From positions 11,464 through 75,463 of the forward strand of contig JBGRQB010000002.1 in NCBI GenBank assembly GCA_041725875.1: a DNA stretch of 64,000 bases, read 5' to 3'. The position numbers were made by a program, and so were the translations under genes. Source of the DNA: Rhodothermaceae bacterium. GTDB lineage: Bacteria > Bacteroidota > Ignavibacteria > Ignavibacteriales > Melioribacteraceae. Positions 1 to 10,693 of this stretch are shown piece after piece; positions within the stretch are counted from its first letter, which is position 1; each line of letters opens with the position of its first letter. The notes under the pieces were generated by a model. The model was not told the DNA's origin and did no database searches. It saw only the letters and a program-made list of their open reading frames with translations.

Positions 1-177
1 ATTCAAAGCAAAATTTTTGAACCATTTATGACATACGGAAAAAAAGATGGAACCGGACTCGGACTTTCAATAACGAAAAAAATTATTGAAGATCATGCCG
101 GAGTTATAAATTTCAAAAGTACGCTTGGTGAAGGAACCGAGTTTATCATTTCATTACCGGAAAACACACCTATCTAA
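1..177 (+). CDS. sensor histidine kinase, C-terminal fragment (HATPase_c domain); 5' end outside window
   Basis: Frame 1 reads ...FEPFMTYGKKDGTGLGLSITKKIIEDHAGVINFKSTLGEGTEFIISLP, ending at TAA 175..177. This is the typical G2-box region of the kinase ATPase domain. Confidence 0.8.
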   Translation: MQSKIFEPFMTYGKKDGTGLGLSITKKIIEDHAGVINFKSTLGEGTEFIISLPENTPI

Positions 178-183
178 AAAATT

Positions 184-1098
184 ATGAAATATAACCTTAT
201 AACAATTTTAGGCCCCACTGCCGTTGGCAAAACGCGTCTGGGGGCTTTACTGGCCGGTAAATTTAACGGCGAAATAATTTCTGCTGATTCCAGACAAGTA
301 TATGTAGGAATGGATATCGGTTCAGGAAAAGATATAGAAGACTATATTGTTGACGGAAAAACAATCACCTCCTACCTGGTTGATGTAATTGACCCGAAAG
401 AAGAATTTGATCTTTTTAAGTTTAACCAGATGTTTTATCCCGCATTTGAAACAATTCAGAAAAAAGAAAAAACGCCCTTCCTTGTAGGAGGAACCGGATT
501 ATATATAGATTCCGTTTTAAGAAAATATGAAATGGTTCCTGTGGATTTTGAAAGCAGCAGAGCAAAAGAATTGTATGAAAAGCCGGAAGATGAATTAAGA
601 AATGTTTTGCAAAAACTTAATCCCGCTTTGCACAACACTACGGATCTTGAAATAAAAGAACGTATTGTAAAAGCAATTTTAATTGAAGAAACAAAGTTGA
701 AAAACCCGCCTGTTGAACGACCCGCAATTAATTCTCTTGTTATTGGTGTTGCGCCTGACCGTGAAGCTGTTAAAAAGAAAATTACTGCACGATTAAAAAT
801 TCGTTTAAAAGAAGGAATGATTGAAGAGGTTGAAACTCTTTTGAAAAAGGGAGTAACTTTTGAAAAACTTATGTTTTTCGGATTGGAATATAAGTTTGTT
901 GGTCAATACTTGAAAGATGAAATTAACTATAATGATATGTTCCAGAAATTGAATTCCTCAATTCATAAATTTGCAAAACGCCAAATGACGTTTTTTAGAA
1001 AAATGGAAAAAGAGGGTGTGAAAATTAACTGGATAAACGGAGCCGATGTAGAAGTTGCAGAAAAATTGATTAAGGAAAATTATTTTGATATTGAATGA
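184..1098 (+). CDS. miaA: tRNA dimethylallyltransferase
   Basis: N-terminal P-loop GPTAVGKT and ISADSRQVYVGMDIGSGK motif; ~300 aa length typical of MiaA. Confidence 0.93.
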   Translation: MKYNLITILGPTAVGKTRLGALLAGKFNGEIISADSRQVYVGMDIGSGKDIEDYIVDGKTITSYLVDVIDPKEEFDLFKFNQMFYPAFETIQKKEKTPFLVGGTGLYIDSVLRKYEMVPVDFESSRAKELYEKPEDELRNVLQKLNPALHNTTDLEIKERIVKAILIEETKLKNPPVERPAINSLVIGVAPDREAVKKKITARLKIRLKEGMIEEVETLLKKGVTFEKLMFFGLEYKFVGQYLKDEINYNDMFQKLNSSIHKFAKRQMTFFRKMEKEGVKINWINGADVEVAEKLIKENYFDIE

Positions 1099-2422
1099 AA
1101 ATAACGAACTGCCAAAAGAGATAAAAAAATATCTTCATAAATTTGGTCTGGAAAATTGGAAACTTGAAACATCTGAAGATAAAAAATATAAACTTGCCAT
1201 TGTAATTCCCGCGCTTTGTGAATATGAAAATATCAGATTGCTGCTGGAATCTTTTACCAGATGTGATGCAACTTATTTTTCAGAAACGCTTATTGTTTTT
1301 GTTGTTAACAATCTAAAAAGAGTGGAAGAAAATATTAAATCTGACAATGCAAAAACACTTGAATTGCTAAGAAATATAATTGCTCAAAAAAGTAATGATG
1401 AATTAACAGATAAAACCATAAACTGCGGATTGCAGGTTGGTCTGGTTGATGCTTCTTCCGAGGGAAATGAACTTCCTGAAAAAGATGGCGGTGTCGGACT
1501 AGCAAGAAAAATCGGGATGGATCTGGTTCTCACAAAGTTTGATTACAACCGTAAGGAGAAAAACATAATTCTTTGTACAGATTCTGATTCTATTGTTGAA
1601 GAAAATTACATTACCGAAGTATATAATCAGGTAAATAAAAAAAATATAAAAGCAGGATATGTAAAATTTAACCATCCGGTCGAAGGTGATTTTGAAAGTC
1701 AGAAAGCCATAGTTTGCTACGAAATTTTTCTGCGCTATTATGTACTTGGGCTGCAATATGCAGACTCTCCTTATGCAATTCACACAATTGGCTCTACAAT
1801 GTTGAGCGATGCGGAAACATACGCGAAAATTCAGGGAATGAATAAAAGAAAAGCAGCCGAAGATTTTTACTTTATGGAGAAGCTTGCCAAAAACACAAAG
1901 CTGGAGTATATCAAAACAACCGGTATTTTTCCTTCAGGCAGAGGAAGCTGGCGTGTTCCGTTTGGTACCGGACAAAGAGTAAACCGGTTTTTATCTAACG
2001 AAGTCGATGAATATCAGCTTTATTCTCCTGATAATTTTGAAATAGTAAAGCAATGGTTGGAAAAATTTAACAATGAACAAATATTTACTGCTGATGAATA
2101 TTTGAAATTTGCAGAGCAGATTGATCCTGTTTTAAGAAGATTTTTAGAAGAACAAAATTTTGAAACTGACTGGCAGAAAATTTTAGATAATAACAAAAAT
2201 GAAAAACAGATTAACAGACAAAAAATTTTCTGGTTCGACGGATTTAAAACATTAAAACTTATTCATTTTCTGCGTGACGAATTAAACCCGAATATAAATA
2301 TGTTTGATGCGCTTGATAAAATTTTTGAAAAGATGAATATCAATTCTCCTGAAAGAAATGAAGAGATTCCTGAACTCGATATTCAGATAAAATATTTGGA
2401 AATATTAAGAGACATTGCCTGA
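1085..2422 (+). CDS. glycosyltransferase family 2-like protein with C-terminal extension
   Basis: LAIVIPALCEYENI start of a GT-A fold, a CTDSDS (DxD-like) motif and an AEDFYF segment. Overlaps the miaA stop by 14 nt. Family assignment is motif-level only. Confidence 0.5.
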   Translation: MILNENNELPKEIKKYLHKFGLENWKLETSEDKKYKLAIVIPALCEYENIRLLLESFTRCDATYFSETLIVFVVNNLKRVEENIKSDNAKTLELLRNIIAQKSNDELTDKTINCGLQVGLVDASSEGNELPEKDGGVGLARKIGMDLVLTKFDYNRKEKNIILCTDSDSIVEENYITEVYNQVNKKNIKAGYVKFNHPVEGDFESQKAIVCYEIFLRYYVLGLQYADSPYAIHTIGSTMLSDAETYAKIQGMNKRKAAEDFYFMEKLAKNTKLEYIKTTGIFPSGRGSWRVPFGTGQRVNRFLSNEVDEYQLYSPDNFEIVKQWLEKFNNEQIFTADEYLKFAEQIDPVLRRFLEEQNFETDWQKILDNNKNEKQINRQKIFWFDGFKTLKLIHFLRDELNPNINMFDALDKIFEKMNINSPERNEEIPELDIQIKYLEILRDIA

Positions 2423-3025
2423 TTAATCATTTGTGTAAATGTGATTAGCGTAGTAAAAAATTAAAATTCCGGCAGCCAGTAAAATAGCCGTTGGCTGAAT
2501 TATCTGGTTGCTGCCTGCAAGTGAATGAAGAAAATTAATTATTTCCGGTGAGTTCAGATTTAGAAAATCTTTAAACTTAATCGTAACTGTAACTACCACA
2601 ACCAAAGCAGCCCATATTTTACACGCCTTTCCAAAAACTTTGCTTCTGTTGATGTTCATAATAATCAAAGCTATGTAAATAACTACCGGGATAATGGAGA
2701 GTAAATTTCCGTTTATAATCAGGTTGAAAATATTAATGCTCAGAATAAAAGAGAAGGTAATTAAAAACGCGGTTAAAATATATTTACTTCTTCTTAGTCT
2801 GGTTTCGCTGTTATCATAACTTGTAATTTCCAGATGAAGAGCATCTTTCATTTTAGGATTAAAATAAAAATCCTCGTCAAAGTTTTCTCCTTCCAGCTCA
2901 GATATACGTTTTACAACGGAATTAAATTCATCGGGAAAGTGAAGTTTGTTGATGCGCAGAGCAATTTTTTTAAGCTCATCAAGTGGTTGCTCATTTATGT
3001 ATTTTTGATATTCGCTGTCAATCAT
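2423..3025 (-). CDS. hypothetical membrane protein (soluble N-terminal region plus about 4 TM segments)
   Basis: 200-aa ORF with several long hydrophobic stretches; no recognisable family. Confidence 0.55.
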   Translation of the reverse strand: MIDSEYQKYINEQPLDELKKIALRINKLHFPDEFNSVVKRISELEGENFDEDFYFNPKMKDALHLEITSYDNSETRLRRSKYILTAFLITFSFILSINIFNLIINGNLLSIIPVVIYIALIIMNINRSKVFGKACKIWAALVVVVTVTIKFKDFLNLNSPEIINFLHSLAGSNQIIQPTAILLAAGILIFYYANHIYTND

Positions 3026-3112
3026 TTCAATTCTTTCTGGTTGACGAAATAGAATTAATTAACTATCGGTAAAAATGTAGTTATGTTTTAAATAATTTGC
3101 CGTATAAAAGCA

Positions 3113-3132
3113 AAGCGTTCAATTGAACGCTT
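3113..3132 (-). terminator. perfect 20-nt palindrome AAGCGTTCAATTGAACGCTT just downstream of rfbA
   Basis: Hairpin seen directly. On the minus strand it is followed by TTTGCTTTTAT. Confidence 0.6.
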
Positions 3133-3133
3133 A

Positions 3134-4000
3134 TTATATTTCTTCAAGAAGTTTTTCTAAATATTCTTTGTAAAGTGAATTTGGAATTTCACTGATTGTC
3201 TGCTCAAACTTTTCCCTTGAAATAAATCCTTTTGAGTAAGCAATTTCTTCAATGCAGGCAACTTTAAGTCCCTGACGCTCTTCAATTACTCCAAAGAAAT
3301 TGGAAGCCTGAAGAAGTGCACGCGGTGTTCCTGTATCTAACCAGGCAACGCCCCTGCCTATTTGAGTTACATTTAAATTTTGTTCTTCCAGATAAACTTT
3401 ATTTACATCTGTAATTTCAAGTTCACCTCTGCCAGACGGTTTAAGATTTTTGGAAATTTCCACTACTCTGTTATCATATACATATAAACCGGGAACAGCA
3501 AATTGCGACTTTGGTTCCTCAGGTTTTTCTTCAATTGAAATTGCTTTTCCCGCTTCATCAAATTCAACAATTCCATATCTCTGCGGATCATTAACTCTGT
3601 ATGCAAAAATTGTTGCACCGTTTTGATGGGTTTCAAGAGTTTTATAAAGGAAATCCATTTTTCCGTAAAAGATATTGTCACCCAAAACAAGAGTAACATT
3701 ATCATCGCCGATAAATTCTTCTCCAATTATAAATGATTCTGCAATTCCGTTTGGTGCATCCTGAATAGCATATTCAATTTTTAATCCCACGTGGGAACCG
3801 TCACCAAATAACTGCTTGTAAAGAGGAATGGTTTCTTTGTTGGAGATAATAAGAATTTCTCTGATGCCGCCAAGCATCAAAAGTGAAAGCGGATAATAAA
3901 TTAAGGGTTTATCGTAAATTAGTGCAAGTTGTTTGCTGTAAACTTTAGTTACCGGATACAATCTTGTTCCGGCGCCCCCTGCTAAAATAATTCCTTTCAT
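3134..4000 (-). CDS. rfbA: glucose-1-phosphate thymidylyltransferase
   Basis: MKGIILAGGAGTRLYPVT N-terminus, and conserved RmlA blocks including YGIVEFD and LEITDVN. Confidence 0.93.
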   Translation of the reverse strand: MKGIILAGGAGTRLYPVTKVYSKQLALIYDKPLIYYPLSLLMLGGIREILIISNKETIPLYKQLFGDGSHVGLKIEYAIQDAPNGIAESFIIGEEFIGDDNVTLVLGDNIFYGKMDFLYKTLETHQNGATIFAYRVNDPQRYGIVEFDEAGKAISIEEKPEEPKSQFAVPGLYVYDNRVVEISKNLKPSGRGELEITDVNKVYLEEQNLNVTQIGRGVAWLDTGTPRALLQASNFFGVIEERQGLKVACIEEIAYSKGFISREKFEQTISEIPNSLYKEYLEKLLEEI

Positions 4001-4008
4001 AAAACTCC

Positions 4009-4797
4009 TTATTTACTGACTTTTATATATCTGGATCCTATCAGGACATCTTTATCAGTGTAAATATTAAATTTATAATCTCCCGGTTCTGTAAATTGAT
4101 AGCGGAAGAATGAGTAAGTCCACTCAGGTGTAACTGCAAATTCTTTGGTTTCAATATATTCATCGTGAGTAAGTGAACTGAATTTTTTTCTCCAGACTTC
4201 AACAACGAGTTTTTTTGTATTAAGTGGGGAGTTAAGATTTATATAAAGAAAAATCCAGCCGTCTTTCTGACTCAGCTTGGTTGTCTGTTTTGCGTTCATC
4301 GGGCGTTCATTTACAACCCATTCGCAAAAATACATTCTGATATCTTCATAATAGGAAGATTGTTTAACATCTCTTTCCGGAATTACATTTTCAGAAACAG
4401 CATCTCCCTGAAGAGAAATTTCCACGGTTTCTTCTGCAAGTCGTTTTTTATCAGGAGTAAGAAAATAGATTTTATAAGTTCCTGCTTCTTTAAAAACGTA
4501 ATTATAAACAAGCCAGTCTTTTTCTTCGTTAAGTTTTATCGATTTATTGTCAAAAGCATCAAACTCGCCATCTGTTTCTTTATCAACCATAAGATAATAA
4601 GTACCATTTTGCAGATTCTTTTTTTCATGATCATAAAGAACATAAACAGATCCGCCCTTTGGATTGATCTGCCATTTGTTAGAAGCACCAATCGGTTCTC
4701 CTTCTTCGGAGTAGCTCTGACAAAAATAAATTTGCTGTGATAAAATTATTGTTGAAAAAAAGCTGAGTATAATTAATATTTTAAGAGATTTATTCAT
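4009..4797 (-). CDS. secreted hypothetical protein with two internally duplicated ~120-aa halves
   Basis: Signal-peptide-like N-terminus. Both halves start with (I/M)YFC and end with G(T/D)YK(I/F)..(Y/F) strands. Confidence 0.6.
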   Translation of the reverse strand: MNKSLKILIILSFFSTIILSQQIYFCQSYSEEGEPIGASNKWQINPKGGSVYVLYDHEKKNLQNGTYYLMVDKETDGEFDAFDNKSIKLNEEKDWLVYNYVFKEAGTYKIYFLTPDKKRLAEETVEISLQGDAVSENVIPERDVKQSSYYEDIRMYFCEWVVNERPMNAKQTTKLSQKDGWIFLYINLNSPLNTKKLVVEVWRKKFSSLTHDEYIETKEFAVTPEWTYSFFRYQFTEPGDYKFNIYTDKDVLIGSRYIKVSK

Positions 4798-4818
4798 AAT
4801 TGTATTTTAACTGTTAAA

Positions 4819-6264
4819 CTATCTTTTCCAAAAAGCACGTGAAAATATTAATAGAACCGTAAATAATTCCAAACGACCCATCATCATTAAGAATGAAAGA
4901 AGCCATTTTCCCAGATCGGGGATATTGGCAAAATTGTTTACGGGTCCTACAGAACCAATTGCCGGACCCACATTTCCGAGTGAAGTTGCAACTGATCCTA
5001 TTGCGGTTTCAAAATCTACTCCAATTGCAGCCATTACAAGTGAAGAGATTGCAAAAATTGATATATAAAAAAGGAAGAATGCTAAAATATGCGAAATTAT
5101 TTCAGGTGAAACCGCTCTTGTATTAAAGCGAACCGGAATTACGGCGCGTGGATGAATTAACCTTCTTAATTCAAGAACACTGTTTTTTATCAATAATAAA
5201 TGGCGGACTATTTTAATTCCACCTCCTGTTGAACCTGCGCAACCGCCAACAAAAAGAAGAAGGAAGAAAAATACTTTGTAGAAACTTCCCCAGGATTCAT
5301 AATCTGCTGTAATAAAACCGGTTGTGGTTATAAGAGAAACTATCTGGAAAAGAGAATCTCTGAAAGCGGTTCCTATATCTGCATAATTTTTTACAAATAA
5401 TCCTATACCGATCAACACTGAAAAAACAATGGTAATTATAGTATAAAATTTAAACTCTTCATTTTTCCAAACATCATTAAATTTTTTGTGCATTGCCATA
5501 TAGTGTAAAGTGAAATTTACACCGGCTAGGAACATAAAAACTGTAATTATATAATGGATGTAAGATGATTCCCAATGTGCAATACTTGCCTGTTTGGTAG
5601 AAAATCCGCCTGTTGCCATTGTTGTAAATGAATGACATACAGCATCAAAGAAATTCATTCCGCCGGTCATTAAAAGAAGACATTCTGCAAAAGTAAGAAT
5701 TACATAAATTCCCCATAATCTTTTTGCAGTTTCAGCAACTCTGGGATGTATTTTATCTTTTGTTGGTCCGGGAACCTCGGCAACAAACAGCTGCATACCG
5801 CCAATTCCGAGGATTGGAAGAATTGCAAGCGAAAGTACAATCATTCCCATACCGCCCAGCCACTGGGTAATACTTCGCCAGAAAAGCATTCCGTGCGGAA
5901 GTGATTCAATATCATTCAGAATGGATGCGCCTGTGGTTGTAAAACCCGACATAGTTTCGAAAAAAGCATCTGTGTAAGAAGGAATACTGCCGTGAATTAC
6001 AAATGGCAAAGCCCCGAAAAGAGACATTACCACCCAGCCAAGAGAAACAATAAGGTAACCTTCCCGTTTCTTTATTTCTCGCTGGGCTTTTCTGGTTGCA
6101 TAAACAATTATTCCGCCAACAACAGATAAGCCTGTTCCGCACGATAACAATGTAATTACATCATTATCGCCGTAATATATTGAAAAGGGTATGCCCAGCA
6201 TCATAAACAGTCCGTCAAGAACCAGCAGCACCCCTACAAGTCGTAATATAATCTGGTAATTCAT
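4819..6264 (-). CDS. trkH: Trk-type potassium uptake protein, membrane subunit
   Basis: 481-aa polytopic membrane protein with repeated TTTGF/GGFST/STGGGIK selector-like motifs, adjacent to trkA. Confidence 0.9.
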   Translation of the reverse strand: MNYQIILRLVGVLLVLDGLFMMLGIPFSIYYGDNDVITLLSCGTGLSVVGGIIVYATRKAQREIKKREGYLIVSLGWVVMSLFGALPFVIHGSIPSYTDAFFETMSGFTTTGASILNDIESLPHGMLFWRSITQWLGGMGMIVLSLAILPILGIGGMQLFVAEVPGPTKDKIHPRVAETAKRLWGIYVILTFAECLLLMTGGMNFFDAVCHSFTTMATGGFSTKQASIAHWESSYIHYIITVFMFLAGVNFTLHYMAMHKKFNDVWKNEEFKFYTIITIVFSVLIGIGLFVKNYADIGTAFRDSLFQIVSLITTTGFITADYESWGSFYKVFFFLLLFVGGCAGSTGGGIKIVRHLLLIKNSVLELRRLIHPRAVIPVRFNTRAVSPEIISHILAFFLFYISIFAISSLVMAAIGVDFETAIGSVATSLGNVGPAIGSVGPVNNFANIPDLGKWLLSFLMMMGRLELFTVLLIFSRAFWKR

Positions 6265-6273
6265 ATTTCTATA

Positions 6274-7614
6274 TTAATGAAAAAATTTCTCAACTTTGTT
6301 AACAGCTCCGGGAAGAGCGAAAATTACTACTTTATCACCCGGCAAAATTTGTGAATCTCCGACGGTGATAGTTCCCTCTCCGTCTCTGATATATCCGCCG
6401 ATAATTGCATTTTTCGGGAATTTAAGCTTTTTAACGGGGTTTTTTGTTACTGTTGAACCTGGTTTGGCAACAAACTCAAATACCTCGGCATCAATTCCCT
6501 GCAAGGTTGCAACTGAAATAACATCTGCTTTTCTGATAAATCGCATAATGTTATTGGCTGCTATCAGCTTTTTGTTTATTAATGAATCAAGTCCGATTGT
6601 TTGGGTAAGAGGAACGTAATCTGCTTTGTCAACTTGTGTAATTGTTTTTTCAACGCCAAGATGTTTTGCCATCAGACTGGAAATAATGTTTGTTTCGGCA
6701 TCATTTGTAAGAGCGATGAAGCTGTCCATATCAATAATGCTTTCTTGTGCAAGCAAGTCGAGATCGCGTCCGTCACCCTGAATTACAAGTGTATTTTCAA
6801 GATAATCGGCCAGATTAAGAGTTTTATCTTTATTTGATTCTATAATTTTAATATTTACAGATTTTTCAAGTAATCGGGCAGCTTTTCTGCCTATTTTACC
6901 ACCGCCCAGAATCATCATGTTTTCAATTTTTACTTCACTTTTGCCTGTGAGTCTTATAATATCATCCAGTTTATTTTTGGGAGATATTACAAAAATCTGG
7001 TCATTTGGAAGGAGAATATCATCTCCGGTAGGGATAATTGTTCTTATTCCGCGCTGAATGGCAACAATTCTGAAGTTAAATCCGGAATATTCTTCCGAAA
7101 GTACTTTCATCGATTTTCTTACAACAGGCGCCTTCTGATCAAGTTTTAATCCTAACAGGGAAAGTTTTCCATCCTCAAACTCAAGTACGTCGGTAGCAGC
7201 CGATCTTTGAACAAGTTTAACAATTTCAAAAGCGGCAAGTTCTTCGGGGTAAACTATATGATCAATTCCTAAAGATTTGAACATATCTGTGTAATCTGCA
7301 CTTACATATTCAGCATTTGCAACACGGGCAACAGTTCTGACCGCGCCAAGTTTTTTTGCAATAATGGCTGTATTGATGTTAATTGCCTCTGAGGAGGTAA
7401 CTGCAAGAACAAGATCTGTATTTTCTATCTGGGCTTCTTTTAATACACTAATTGATGTTGATGAACCGTTAATTGTTAAAACTTCAACAGCAGCATCTAT
7501 TCTGTCCAGCGGAAGCTGGTTTATATCTATAACTGTAATGTCATGAGCTTCATTTGATAATTGTTTCGAGAGATGAAAGCCGATTTCACCTGCTCCGGCT
7601 ATAATTATCTTCAT
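6274..7614 (-). CDS. trkA: Trk system potassium uptake protein, NAD-binding subunit
   Basis: Two Rossmann GxGxxG motifs (IIAGAGEIG and ILGGGKIG) and two RCK_C-like segments; 446 aa. Confidence 0.9.
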   Translation of the reverse strand: MKIIIAGAGEIGFHLSKQLSNEAHDITVIDINQLPLDRIDAAVEVLTINGSSTSISVLKEAQIENTDLVLAVTSSEAININTAIIAKKLGAVRTVARVANAEYVSADYTDMFKSLGIDHIVYPEELAAFEIVKLVQRSAATDVLEFEDGKLSLLGLKLDQKAPVVRKSMKVLSEEYSGFNFRIVAIQRGIRTIIPTGDDILLPNDQIFVISPKNKLDDIIRLTGKSEVKIENMMILGGGKIGRKAARLLEKSVNIKIIESNKDKTLNLADYLENTLVIQGDGRDLDLLAQESIIDMDSFIALTNDAETNIISSLMAKHLGVEKTITQVDKADYVPLTQTIGLDSLINKKLIAANNIMRFIRKADVISVATLQGIDAEVFEFVAKPGSTVTKNPVKKLKFPKNAIIGGYIRDGEGTITVGDSQILPGDKVVIFALPGAVNKVEKFFH

Positions 7615-7799
7615 CTATATTTCCGATAAAAAGTTATACTAATTTAAGAATTATGCAAACTATAAAGATACGATATATTACATAATATACAAGACACAGG
7701 CTTTTTGACAAAAATCACGTAAAATTTATCCCGAAATTATCAACTTGATTTTAGTGTAGATCTATAATACATTTTCAATGGAATTATACCGGAGTTTTA

Positions 7800-9194
7800 A
7801 TGAGCTTGTTTGAAAGCTTTAATGGTAGTGATAAAAGTGAACAGGAAATTTTAGATCGTATAAGTATTGCATTAGATTTTGTTAATAGCGGACAAGTATT
7901 TTTATATCAGGAAAACATTGAAGAAGCTATTCAGCTTTCGCTAGACAGCGATTATGCCGATGAGGGACTTATATTAACAGAAGCTCTTCTTGAGATTGCA
8001 CCTTACAATTCAGAATACTGGTACTTCAAAGGTGCTTTGCTGAATAATAATTTTGAATTTGAAGAAGCTTATTTGAGTCTGGATAAAGCATTCAGCTTAA
8101 ATCCAAATGATGCGGAAACTTTAATTAACAAATCTATTGCAGCGGATAATCTGGGATTTAAAGATGAGGCAGCCGAATGTCTTGAAAAAGCTTTAGAGCT
8201 TGAGCCAAGAAATGACGAAGCCTTGTTTAACCTAGGTGTATTATGCGAAAGAAGTGAAGATTTTGCCTCTGCAGCAGTATATTTTGAGCGTACGCTCGAA
8301 ATTGACAATAACTATGTAGAAGCCTGGTTTGAGCTTGCGTACTGTTATGAAATTCTGGATAAACTTGATGAATCACTCGTGGCTTATGATGAATATCTTG
8401 CGGCTGAACCTTACAGTCCGACAGGCTGGTACAACCGCGGAATAGTTCTTATTAAGCTTTCAAAATATCAGAAAGCTATTGATAGTTTTGAATTGGCAGC
8501 TTCTCTTAAAGATGATTTTTCAAGCGCCTGGTTTAATGCTGGAGTTGCTTACACAGCACTTGCAAAATTTAAAGATGCTGTAAAATCGTTCAAAAATGCT
8601 GTTGAAATTGATGAAACCGATGAATCTGTATGGTATAATTTAGGAATTTCTCACGAAGCTCTTAAAGATTTTGACAATGCAATTCAGAATTATTCGGTTG
8701 CCATAGAGCTTGACGATTCATATTTTGAAGCCTATCTGGCCAGAGGATTTTGCTACTATTCAACAAAAAATATGGAAAAAGCGGAAAAGGATTTGAGTGA
8801 AGCTTTTATCCTTTACAGCAGCGAAGTTTCTGCTGAAAAAAGTGAAAAGTCGGACGATGATATAAAACATTCTATTGAAATTTATAAAGAACTTGCTGAA
8901 AAAGAATCAGATAATTTAGATCTTAAACAGATTCTGGTAGAAAAATTTGCCGAACTCGACTGTTGGGACGAAGCTTTTCAGCTTGTGAATGAAACTATAA
9001 ATCTTGACTCGGAAAACATTAAATCTTACTATTTAAAAGCAATGATATACTTTAAATCCGGAAAAATTAAAGAAGCAGTTGAATTTCTGAAAACAACCTT
9101 TAATCAGAAACCGGATATTAAGGATAAATTTGCAAATGATTTTCCAGAAATAAATTCTTCAAAACTTTTTAACACTTTAATCGATAAAAAATAA
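7800..9194 (+). CDS. tetratricopeptide repeat protein
   Basis: Multiple ~34-aa repeats with the W/Y-N-x-G-x-A/Y pattern (AWFELAYCY, GWYNRGIVL, AWFNAGVAY, VWYNLGISH). Confidence 0.85.
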   Translation: MSLFESFNGSDKSEQEILDRISIALDFVNSGQVFLYQENIEEAIQLSLDSDYADEGLILTEALLEIAPYNSEYWYFKGALLNNNFEFEEAYLSLDKAFSLNPNDAETLINKSIAADNLGFKDEAAECLEKALELEPRNDEALFNLGVLCERSEDFASAAVYFERTLEIDNNYVEAWFELAYCYEILDKLDESLVAYDEYLAAEPYSPTGWYNRGIVLIKLSKYQKAIDSFELAASLKDDFSSAWFNAGVAYTALAKFKDAVKSFKNAVEIDETDESVWYNLGISHEALKDFDNAIQNYSVAIELDDSYFEAYLARGFCYYSTKNMEKAEKDLSEAFILYSSEVSAEKSEKSDDDIKHSIEIYKELAEKESDNLDLKQILVEKFAELDCWDEAFQLVNETINLDSENIKSYYLKAMIYFKSGKIKEAVEFLKTTFNQKPDIKDKFANDFPEINSSKLFNTLIDKK

Positions 9195-9202
9195 TCAAAA
9201 CT

Positions 9203-10102
9203 ATGCATCAGAGATTAAATCATAACACAAAAGTAATAGCTGTAATTGGTCATCCTATTAAACATTCATATTCTCCTTTAATGCAGAATAAAGCATTTGA
9301 ACTAAAGGAACTCGATTATGTATATCTTCCTTTTGACGTTCCCGGAGAAAACCTTAAAGCCGCTATTAAGGGAATGGTTTCACTTGGAGTAAAAGGTTTT
9401 AACGTAACCTTGCCTCATAAAGAAAAAATTAACGAATATCTTGATGAAATTTCTGAAGAAGCCAGTGTTATCGGAGCTGTAAACACGGTTGTAAATGAAA
9501 ACGGAATTTTACACGGTTACAACACAGATGTTAACGGAATTATTGAATCTTTAAATCCGTATAAAGAAGAAATTGTCGGACAGGAAGTAAGTATAATTGG
9601 TGCAGGAGGAGCTTCCAGAAGTGTTATTTATGCATTGATAAGACATTTTAAAGTTAAAAGATTAAATATTATAAACAGAACTCTGCAAATAGCGGAATCT
9701 CTTAAAGATTATTTCCAAACTAAAATGCTGTTTGATAATATAAAAACTTACGAACTTGTTCCGCCAGATTTAACAAGAGTTTTTCGCAAATCAAAATTGA
9801 TTGTAAATACAACTTCAATGGGAATGTTTCCTGAAGTGGATGATTCTGCAACAACAATCAGTAAATCATTCAAAGAAGGACAAATTGTATTTGACGTTAT
9901 TTACAATCCGTTCAAAACAAAATTTCTTCAAATTGCCGAAGAACAGGGAGCTACAGTTTTAAGCGGATTAAAAATGTTTCTTGAACAGGGGGCAAAATCG
10001 TTTGAGTTGTGGACGGGCGAAACAATGCCGCGCGAAGAAATTTACGAAATTCTCAAGCAGGAGCTGCTTGCCAAACCAGAAGAAGTTGATCATAACGAAT
10101 AA
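9203..10102 (+). CDS. aroE: shikimate dehydrogenase
   Basis: GHPIKHSYSPLMQN, NVTLPHK, NTD and GAGGASRS motifs. Confidence 0.9.
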   Translation: MHQRLNHNTKVIAVIGHPIKHSYSPLMQNKAFELKELDYVYLPFDVPGENLKAAIKGMVSLGVKGFNVTLPHKEKINEYLDEISEEASVIGAVNTVVNENGILHGYNTDVNGIIESLNPYKEEIVGQEVSIIGAGGASRSVIYALIRHFKVKRLNIINRTLQIAESLKDYFQTKMLFDNIKTYELVPPDLTRVFRKSKLIVNTTSMGMFPEVDDSATTISKSFKEGQIVFDVIYNPFKTKFLQIAEEQGATVLSGLKMFLEQGAKSFELWTGETMPREEIYEILKQELLAKPEEVDHNE

Positions 10103-10106
10103 ATTA

Positions 10107-10132
10107 AAGCCTCTTTTTACAGAGGCTTTTTA
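10107..10132 (+). terminator. rho-independent terminator after aroE
   Basis: AAAGCCTCT-TTTTAC-AGAGGCTTT hairpin followed by a T run. Confidence 0.8.
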
Positions 10133-10188
10133 TTATAATCTTCCATTCCCCTTCCGATAATCTAAAGTATCACATTTTATTAAAAGAG

Positions 10189-10692
10189 GTGGATATGCTA
10201 AGTGAAAAAATGATCGACAAATTAAACGAACAAATCAATCTTGAACATTATTCTGCAAATCTTTATTTGCAAATGAGTTCCTGGGCTCATTATAGAGGAT
10301 TTCCCGGTTCTGCTGCTTTTCTTGATGCTCACAGCACTGAAGAGATGCAGCATATGCACAAACTTTTTTCCTATGTTGTTGAGACAGGAGCTTACGCAAT
10401 TGTAGGAGAAATAAAAGCGCCAAGTAAAAAGATGTCAGATTTGCAAAGTTTGTTTCAATCAATTTATGATCACGAAGTACTTGTGACAAAAAAAATTAAC
10501 GAACTTGTTGAACTTGCATTGAAAGAAAAAGATTTTTCCACATTTAATTTTCTGCAATGGTATTGTGCCGAACAGCACGAAGAGGAATCTTTGTTTAAGT
10601 CAATTCTAGATAAGTTTGAATTAATAGGAAGTGAGGGGCAGGCTCTCTATTTTGTCGATCGCGAAATAGGAAATTTGTTAAGAAGTAAATAA
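10189..10692 (+). CDS. ftnA: non-heme ferritin
   Basis: LNEQINLEHYSANLYLQMSSWA, EEMQHM and QHEEE ferroxidase-centre residues; 167 aa. Confidence 0.9.
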   Translation: MDMLSEKMIDKLNEQINLEHYSANLYLQMSSWAHYRGFPGSAAFLDAHSTEEMQHMHKLFSYVVETGAYAIVGEIKAPSKKMSDLQSLFQSIYDHEVLVTKKINELVELALKEKDFSTFNFLQWYCAEQHEEESLFKSILDKFELIGSEGQALYFVDREIGNLLRSK

Positions 10693-10693
10693 A

